From Tubiluchus corallicola (taxonomy: Eukaryota > Animalia > Priapulida): a DNA stretch of 64,000 nucleotides. Position 1 is the first letter of the stretch. Each line of letters begins with the position of its first letter. The notes beneath the pieces are model-generated. The model was not told the DNA's origin, did no database searches, and saw only the letters and a list, made by a program, of their open reading frames with translations. The position numbers were made by a program, and so were the translations under genes. Below, piece after piece: positions 55,089 through 64,000 of this stretch. Location of the stretch: assembly GCA_030141605.1 (NCBI GenBank), contig JAQGDQ010000402.1:1-64000 (forward strand), given 5' to 3'.

Positions 55089-56900
55089 AATCAGATTGTC
55101 ACAGTTTCACGCAAAGGGATCACTGTCTCTCTAAGAACAACATAAATCACCCATTCTGTTCCACTTTAATCTTCAACATGTGACTTAAACAAAAGGCTGT
55201 TTGATAGATTTACACTATGCAAACAGCAAAGTTCATTTGTTTATGGCAAAGAGTGAAAACCTCTAGAGTTTATAGGTGTGTAATACGTGCAACGGTGATC
55301 TCAGCTGCAAAATCCAAGCGCCACAACTCACAAGTAGCGAGGTTCGTAGCTGAATGAATGCTCGTGTTTTCATACGAGTGGTGTGTGTTTGTTACTAGAC
55401 GCCCCGGATTGTATCATTCGTAAATTTTATCTATTCACCTCCTAGAGGGAGAATGTAAATACATCCGAACATGGCTGAGACACCTCGACCGGTTCATTGG
55501 CTCATTTTAGAAGGATGTTCGCAGCAGTGAACCAGATTCCGTTCACGCCACAAACATCTCGTTGGGGTCCAACCGTTGAATGCTGAGTTCCGATTTGCAG
55601 TGTGCCGAAGTGCACAAAAACCAACCACGTTACAATACGTTATCAAATTGTAAGACTTTCATAGTTCTGAATTTACCATAACATTGGGGCGTGAAGAGAG
55701 GACATACCGTTAGTGTAGTTGATCTAGCGACGGTAGATCCAGAACTGTTGACTGAGTGTTACCGACGATACAACGAGATATTGACAGTCATGCGGTAATG
55801 GACGATAAGGGTTAAAAATGGTACATATTAACAAAAGTTAGACATGTTGTTACTGAACCAAGGAAACATAAATGACATAGCTTAACGTCCAAGCCACACA
55901 CGCGCGGATGTTGTGTAATGAGGATAAGTAGATGTTCAAGTTTTTACTAAAATTTGTCACAAAATATTTAAAAGATGCTGTTTAACCCCTGAATTGGCTT
56001 TAAGTCACGCAGTATTTTATGAGTTCATGTAAAGCTGACAGTGCCACGACTAGGCATTTTGCGATTTTTTGCAATTTCACAATTTTTGCATTTTGCTGAC
56101 AAAGCAAAGAATGTATACCTTGCGACATACAATGCATATTTAATGACTTGTATGTTCTAGGTTCATTTAAAAAAAAATTACTCCATGATAGCAACTGATT
56201 TAGTTTATTATTTTTGCTAAAAATGTATCTTCTCTGCTTCACTTCGAGAGGGCTAGCAAAAATGCTGTATGTTATTCAATTTTATCAGTATTTATAACGT
56301 ATCTCATTGCTTTGTATTTATAATTTTTGCTTAATTAACGTATTTAACGTAACTTAGATTTTATGGAAATATTGTACAATTTTATACTTCACACATTTTA
56401 CTTTCAGTAGTTACTTATTGTAACGGCTTAACTCATATGTATATAATTTTAGTATTTTAATAGGCTTTTTTACATAATCAATACCTGGTTTAGTTAACTG
56501 AATCATTTAACAGAAGTCAGGTATCACGACTCATATAATATCGTAAGTTCAGTTTCATTATGTTGCATATACGTTGCAGGATTGATTTTTGCTAAACTCC
56601 TTTGGAATTTTTGGGGAATAAAATCGTGTACACTTTTAAAAGAGCCAAGCAAAAAATAAACTCATATCGTATCACATATTTCACAAAACATTAATCTGCT
56701 TAAAAGAACAAGAAGTTCTAATTAATTAAGACTTATTGCAGTACATATTTAACATAAAACAAACGCACGACAAGTTATTACGTTATTATCATTTTATAGG
56801 CTTGTGCGATTTGACTCTCTTGAACCATCCTATCTCTTCTAGAAAGTCAATAAAGCATAGTAATATATAATAATAAAGTTATAGAACACGCTTTTCTTTT

Positions 56901-59900
56901 TCACACATCGTCGTACGTAGTTGAGGGCGGGACGAGTTTTGTTTTCTGCAGAGTGAACACAGTACCATCCTATAAAAACCGTGCAAATAGTTTATTGACG
57001 AAAGACACAAAATAATATACAATACAATTTACATGAAAAAAATCACACAACATACAAAGCATCCCAACACTTGTGTATAATCGTCATAATTATTAAAACA
57101 GTAAAAGAAACAGTAGAGACAAACGGTAAATAGTATTTGCATTTTACAAAAATAATTACAATAATGTGCTTTTGCTATCAATTGAATATGATTTTTTGCG
57201 ACTAGGACATTAATTTCGCTTTTTAAAACAGTCTGTAATATAGTTTGAAATTAAATTTACAAGTTCGCTTTCATTTCCATTCATCTGAAATGTAAATTTT
57301 TCCTGTATCCGTGAGATTAATAAAATTTGGGAAAATTTCATTGACATGAGAAAATAGGCTATGTCTTTATATTAGGCTATGTCTTTATATTTAATCATTA
57401 TAATAGTTACATTCAAGAATTAAATGCTTTTCATCATCAATTTTTTTATCTTTACAAAAATGGCATAGTCTGTTGATATACGAACGCGAAATACGACAAA
57501 GTGTTGCAAGCTTTAGTTAAAACCCTATCTAGAATTTGCTTGTAGGCTACTGGCCCGCAAATGTACATTTGCTTTTCTAAAAATCCGGCTTGTCATTGAA
57601 CGAATTTAGTTCTTACTGATCAAAAAAGTAATCTGTAAGTCTAGTCATTAAGTTTAGAAAAAAACTGAGCGCTATATATCTTGTTGAATACTAATTTGTA
57701 CAAAAAATAAAGTACTGAAAAAATAAATAATAAATATCCTTCTATTTATGGGTCACTCGCTTGCGATGTAACCTTTATAAACAGATTTGTTTCGCCAGTA
57801 TTGTATTAGTTTTCGTTCTCGTTGTTCGTGTAATGCAAAACTCTACAATTTACTCACTGTGAAGCGAACAGGGCGTCACCGTAATACTAAATTTTCACAA
57901 AAATTTGGATTCTGTGGCAACCGCTAACATCTTATCTTTTAACAGTATGTTTATTTTCACCATTTCAGGAGCAGAAAGGATTCCCCACACAATTTAAATA
58001 CAATAACCCTAACCCTGTTCCTTACTTTAATCCTACCCTAACCCAACACTAACCCTAACCCTGAACCAGCCTTAATTCCAAACCTAACCATAACCTTAAC
58101 TCCAACCTTAATTCTTTAATAAGGGGCGCTTTTTCATTAATATTGTGACGTCACTATAGCCCACTATTACAGAAAAATTGTTAAACAGACGGATAGGCAT
58201 CATCCGAAATACAACATGTTATAAACAGTTCGCATATTTTGCAAATATGTTTCAGCAAAACATAAGTGTGTACGTACTTGCGGCCGTAGCTCGCCTTTTA
58301 CAGTTTTGAAACGGGACTGTGGCTAATTCGACTAACAGAGCAGCCAAGAAGCTAAAAGTTTGCACCAGAATACTTTGTCATGGTAGCACTTCATTTAGTT
58401 TTGAAAAGGGACTGTGGCTAATTCGACTAACAGAGCAGCCAAGAAGCTGAAAGTTTGCACCAGAATACTTTGTCATGGTACCACTTCATATGTCGAAGTT
58501 AACGCAAATCGGGACAGAAAAATCTCAGTAAGTGAGTAACTCCATGCGTAATAACTAGAAAAGCATGAATTGTAAAAACTTTTTCCCCTGTGCAATCGCT
58601 GCCTGTCCTTGTAATTTCGATGAGCTAATTCAGTGCAACAATGAACACGACGCAGCAGTAAATTGCATTACTGAGCAAGCAGCAACAGGAGTAGAAGAAA
58701 AAGCCAGCATCAAAAACCTCCAACCACCAGAGTCAACAATAGTTAAGAACAACATTAACAATATTAAATATTTGAGTTTCTTACTTTAACAAGCCCTCGG
58801 GCCAACAACCAAAATTCAATGTTAGGAATGACTTCCACACCTTTTGCCTTCCGTATAAATCTCATATACAAAATACCTCCCAGTAAATACACAACGATCA
58901 GCAAGAAAAAACTGAAAACAAGAATAAAAAGTAAGATCAAATCCTTGTAGACACTAGGGCAACGCATCATATTAGGAATTTTATAGCCTATAAGAAAACG
59001 TTGTGAAGGGAACAAAACAAAGGTCATAGTTGTATGTTAACATTTATGTACTGGTAATGGCGTATAAATTATTCATGAACATTTCAGTTCCAAATTAAAC
59101 TTTGATGAACTTTTTCACGAAAAGTCCTGTACCTCAGTAATTGACAATTAGCAAACATCTTTAAAAACAAATTAATGTTATGCATGAAATTACTTAACTC
59201 ACATGCGTTGGCAATTGTAATGTTACATGATTTGTCTACACATATAGCTTGAAGTTTACTTACGTTATGCATAAAACGCTGCCAACACTTAAAGTCTTTG
59301 GAATAACAATAATTACTGGCAATGGTGGTGATTCAGTAGGCCTAATTGGGGAGTGCTGAGGGCAAACTCTTGTACTCTCAAGTTCAAACACCTGACGAAA
59401 AATTAAAAATTGCGATTATATTGGCAGATAATTAAAGCAGCCTAATGAAACCAAGCCAGTTATATCATACAGGCACAGGCTACACTATGTATAAAGTATG
59501 CACGTCATTGCTAAGTCGGCAACGTTAGTGGTTGAAGGTATACTATACTATAAACTGCTTAATCAAACCAGAATTCTGCATTATAGTTTCATGGAAGATG
59601 AAGTTTATCCAAGTTCAGTAGATAAAACCATAAATGGGTAGCTAAGTTACAAAATAAAAGTACTGTGGATTTTAACCACCAATAATGTTACCCACCCAAC
59701 TATCGTCAATAACTCAAACAATTTCCACGTAATGTAAAACTTTGCTTATTTGCGGTCTCACAACAACAACATTTTTAAGCCTATAACTTTATGGTTAAAA
59801 TACATGTTTGAAAACACTAAAACGGTTTCGCACACTCAAAAAATTTTTCGAACAACATCCGTTATCAGAAACGGAATACGACGAAGTGGCGCGTCCGCTG

Positions 59901-62858
59901 CCAACAGTGGCCTACGTCAGTTTACTAAACACGTGCGATACCTAATTCCCTCTAAATAATGCAATGCTTATGTACAATTATATAATATTTGTCAACGAAG
60001 CAGAGCTGCTTCTAATGTATAAGCTTGCAGTAATGGTGGTTAATATGCATAAAAATGGATGAAAATTACGTGTGGAAGTATCTTAGAATGTTTTCGACAA
60101 AAATTTATTACGCACAGTACGTACAATATTGGTATTACCCGGGAGGGGTCCCAGGACTTTCAAGTGGTCAGCTGTACCGGAGTCACCACAGGCCAGTATT
60201 ACTTCAGTTGAGCTGAAAACGTTAACCATTACTTAGAGATTTTAGACGTTAAAATAGTTATTCTAAGATATAAGTGCATACTTTTTACCTGCTGTTGCCA
60301 AACACTTCTTAAAACGTAATAATTGCTGCGTTAATCTCTAATCAGTTAAGTTATAGAAGTGAAATCACTGCCAAAAACTACATAACAGCGAGGTTTTACT
60401 TTCATTTTGTTGGAAGAATCGTTGTTTCGTTTCCAAGGTACAATGACTTTTAACAGGCCTTTGTCCTCAGTCAAACTAGCATAATTTAGCCCAATTTTTC
60501 CTTAGCATATTCTAACTTACAAGCCACCAGTCCCATTGTATTTTATTGTTACGTGATCATTTTTGGAATCGAAACTCTCTGTAGATTGCTGTCCTATAAC
60601 GATACAACTCCTGGTGCTATTCACTTCAGACGACTGCGCAGCCTGCAACGAAAGATACAGTATCTAAGCACATTGCGATAAGTATGAATCACTCTTTCGA
60701 ACAGTGAAATTTGAAATCAGCTACGACTTGCCCTTTGTCAAGCACTGCCTGCACATTTTGACAGCACATACTAGTTTTTCTGTTTAGGCTAACTGGAAAG
60801 GCAAAACCAAACCTTCTGAGAAGTTAGACTTATTTCAATGTTCGTAAAAAATGTTAAAGGATTTAGTAATAAAAGCGTGATGCGCGCCTCGTGTAGTTTG
60901 TCAAATGACTTTAAAGCCGCGATCATTTCGCGTTTGGGCGCTACCGTTTTGAATACCTGTTCCTCCACCAATTACGTCGGTCATCGACTGAAGAAAAACG
61001 TTGCACTGTCAGTTCCGTCAAAATATTGTTGCGGAGCCCTCCCCTGGGAGCTGCCAGGGGGGTCGAGGGACGCGAAGACGGCTGAGAAGTCAGCTTTCGT
61101 TGGCGCGCTTTGCATTCTACTAGGAAGAAGTGCAGAAGAAGAAAGGCAAAAGATAAATAATCAGGTTCAAACTACGCCGTACCTTCCCAAAACGCCAATC
61201 CTGTTAAGCACTGAAAAGAGCAACACGCATGGTGGACGTGAGAGCACGACAGAGACGTAGTAACCTACGTGCTCACCGCTTTTATAGCAAGTGACTTTGC
61301 GCATGCGCAAAGTCAACCTTGACTAAGCGTGCCCGCAACAATATAATAAGTTTTTATAAAAAAAAATAGACAAACAGCTAGTTTTGTGATATTTTTGCAT
61401 GAATACTTGTAAGTTGCAGAAGTATGAAATAGTTAAGCAGCGTGCGCTTATAGTTACAAAAATCCAGGATGCGCATACAAAAGTCACAAAGTCCACAAAA
61501 CTAAGTCATAGTTTTCGTGTGAACCACATTATATTGTCGTGTGAACCACATGTTACCAGCGCACTTGAAAATGTCTATACAGCTTCAGTATAAATTAACT
61601 TATGCATTTCAGACAATTTATCTAAACTTTCTAATTTTCAGTGATAACAGCAAAACACCCAACAGGCTAAGTCCTTTTCCTGAAACCAACGAAACAACGT
61701 TGCTCATGTTGGAGAACTTAAGTTCAGTTTGCCTAGTACATTCGAACTTTCTTCGTAACTATAAACGTAGAAACACGATGCTAATACATTGACTTTCACA
61801 CAGAAACACCCAATTTGAAAAAAACTAGAAACGTCTGGTAGTTATTAGATGCTTCTTGTTCCTGCTACCAATGTTAAGATTAGCTTATGTCACAGCGGTC
61901 TGTGGAGCTTTTGTTAGGACACTGAAAGTAGTGAAAAGTCGCCAAATAACGGATACGACTGAAAACAGCAATACCGTGATCACCTAATTAAACTTTTTTT
62001 AGGCCTGCACCTGCAGACAACCTGAGGGCAAACGAAAATATTATCAGTCATCGCTAAAGTGTTTTACGTACCACTGCATCTTTTCTGCAATCGCCTTCTA
62101 CAAATGGATGGCAAGAATTGTATGAATACAGAAAACCATCAGGTCCCTTCACATCTCTCCATCTAAGCAAAATGTAGATCACTTTACAATACTTAATTAA
62201 AATTGTAGGAAAGATTCTGACAATAATCTTTTGCAAAAGTGTTCCATCATTTTTATTGCTTCTACGTCGACTTTTTCTAGATTAAAAAGTTGAGAAAAAA
62301 TGGCCTACATCTCAGTTGCTCGTTGATTTTTTTAATTTTTATGATAATACCGGAGGAGAATGAAACAGCTTACAACCGATGAGCAATCAAAACTAAGAGA
62401 CATATAAATTATAAAACTATTTGTAGCGTGAAGCAATAAGCAGAAAGTTACTTCAATTAAGTTTCGAACTTTACTGTTACTTTAAAGTAAAGTGATATTA
62501 ATATCAAGTATCAACGCCATCAATGTCACAATAACGTGGGGAGAAAGTAATTACGTTGTAAAAAGAGAACCCATTATTCAAACTAAAATTTCTCGCTCTT
62601 TCTGCAGAACTCCACAAGCTGATTCGTTCTTCTGAGTGAACCAGTCTGTTTAGTCAGTATTTAGTATAGTTGCTATATTACCTGGTATTCTTAGTACTGT
62701 GTTATTAATGATATTTTGTGCTTTTATGTGTCTTTATTTTTAGTATATATATATGTATATATACATATTTAGTGTATATATGTATATCTTTATATATATT
62801 TATATATATTTTATGTGTCTTTATTTTTAGTATATATATATGTATACTATATTTATAG

Positions 62859-62892
<34 letters not shown>

Positions 62893-62957
62893 TATGTACT
62901 AAAAATAAAAGCACAAAATATCATTAATATATATAAAGATATACATATATATACTAA

Positions 62958-63000
<43 letters not shown>

Positions 63001-63629
63001 TTAAAATATTTAAAATTAGAATTAGAATATTCAATATTCAAAAATAGTTTACGTACTACGCCACCTCTTTATAGTGGCTACAATTAAAGAGTTTCTTGTT
63101 CGACGAATTGTTTTTAACTTTTAATAATTTTCAAGTTTTGAGTGAATACCACTTACCTTAATATCCGTTATTTAAGCTCTGACGACCAGAAATGAACGGG
63201 GTACGATTCATGTTGGTTTCTGAATTCGGGTGGTGTCATTACTCATTTTTTCTCCCTTCGTTAATTTGTTAATTTTAATTTCGATTTCGGACAATAATAA
63301 ATGAAAACTTTAAAAAACGCATTAAAAATGTCATATTAATTAGAATGTTAAAAAATGTTTATATCCACTTTCATGTATTTTATGTATAGCAAAACTGTCA
63401 TTTCATATTGAATTAAACTAAATTCATTAAATTAGGAATGAAAGAACAGTCAGAATTAAGCTTACCTCGGATTTTTGTCTATTTTTCCTAAAGAACTGAC
63501 ATCAATCCAACTACCATTACCGAATTCGCAAACGCACGGTTTCTTCTTTATGCAAACACTATCCAGAGATACGTTGACAATCAAAATTACTAACCATAAC
63601 ACAGTAAAATACTGTGTTTGGGTCTTCAT
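56901..63629 (-). CDS. MRH-domain type-I membrane protein, cation-dependent M6P receptor/ATG27-like, copy C (7 exons, ~262 aa)
   Basis: Exons 63466-63629, 62072-62162, 60521-60642, 60125-60212, 59264-59391, 58785-58911, 56901-56969 (789 nt). Signal peptide, CxxxxxCxC..WIDVSSLG, YSYNSCHPF, FELESTRVCP, LSVGSVLCI-TM-YLLGGILY, AKGVEVIPNIEFW, LVKDG, C-terminal YDDV*. Confidence 0.88.
57980..58120 (-). mobile_element. HINE/Helentron-like fragment with (CCCTAA)-like repeats
   Basis: attccccacacaatttaaatac is the exact reverse complement of 6627-6648, followed by degenerate taaccc repeats. Confidence 0.55.
58302..58490. repeat. ~96-bp near-perfect tandem duplication
   Basis: gttttgaaa.gggactgtggctaattcgactaacagagcagccaagaagct...cacttcat twice. 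Confidence 0.92.
61279..61315 (-). promoter_or_regulatory. Intronic promoter-like module: 24-bp palindrome with NRF1/ewg-type core plus TATA box
   Basis: Perfect palindrome TGACTTTGCGCATGCGCAAAGTCA at 61292-61315; minus-strand CTATAAAAG at 61279-61287. Confidence 0.5.
62706..63000. repeat. AT-rich imperfect palindrome around a (TA)n core
   Basis: taatgatattttgtgctttta pairs with taaaagcacaaaatatcatta; further inverted blocks flank (TA)n. Confidence 0.8.
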
Positions 63630-64000
63630 AGTTGGTCTTGTAAGAATTTTTTTACAAAGTCTTCACAACTTCACTAAAATGACATCATAAGTGGATGGAG
63701 AAAGTCACATTGTTCTGAAAAATCGCATTGTTTTCTGTCAAAGATTGTAAATTTACAGATAAACTCTCATTCTCATACCATAATGAAATTTGATGACGGC
63801 TTCCTGTCTTAAAACCGTTATTGCTTTCAGGACCAAATTTGCCTTTCTGTAAATGAAAAAAAGTTTTGATATTTCTCATCTGGTGACGCCTCACTGGCGG
63901 TTTGGTTTTGTTGAGCTGGGGCTTCTGCATTATTGTCGTTTATTCATGGTCAATTTTTTTTTCAATTTAATCTCATCTATGCGGACAACGTTTATACAGC

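Noticed and set aside
57980-58120. Interstitial telomere (TTAGGG-like)
   Set aside because: Short, degenerate and attached to a sequence shared with 6627-6648, which points to an interspersed element.
60838-61260. 140-aa plus-strand ORF
   Set aside because: No recognisable motif; promoter and splice signals in this block point to the minus strand, and higher GC explains the lack of stops.

Overview
AT-rich, intron-rich animal (invertebrate-like) genomic DNA, not prokaryotic; most ORFs in the supplied track are intron noise or exon read-throughs. Manual splice reconstruction (GT-AG junctions, consistent phases) gives four minus-strand genes. (1) An apparently complete thioester-containing protein (TEP, alpha-2-macroglobulin superfamily, CD109/iTEP-like): 32 coding exons, ~1507 aa, 32510->890. 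It has a variant thioester site (KCGEQV), Tyr at the catalytic-His position, a ~70-aa acidic insertion before MG8 and no GPI tail. (2-4) A head-to-tail array of three single-MRH-domain type-I membrane proteins (cation-dependent M6P receptor/ATG27-like) at 63629->56901, 55088->50059 and 47897->41275. All three appear to have lost key mannose-binding residues, two have a relocated cysteine, and one has a different cytoplasmic tail. One intron holds a compact unit resembling a promoter, a mini-intron and a short ORF. The rest is transposon debris (hAT, Academ-like, LINE, SINE, MITE, HINE-like) and simple repeats. All family assignments are from motif recognition only; no searches were run.
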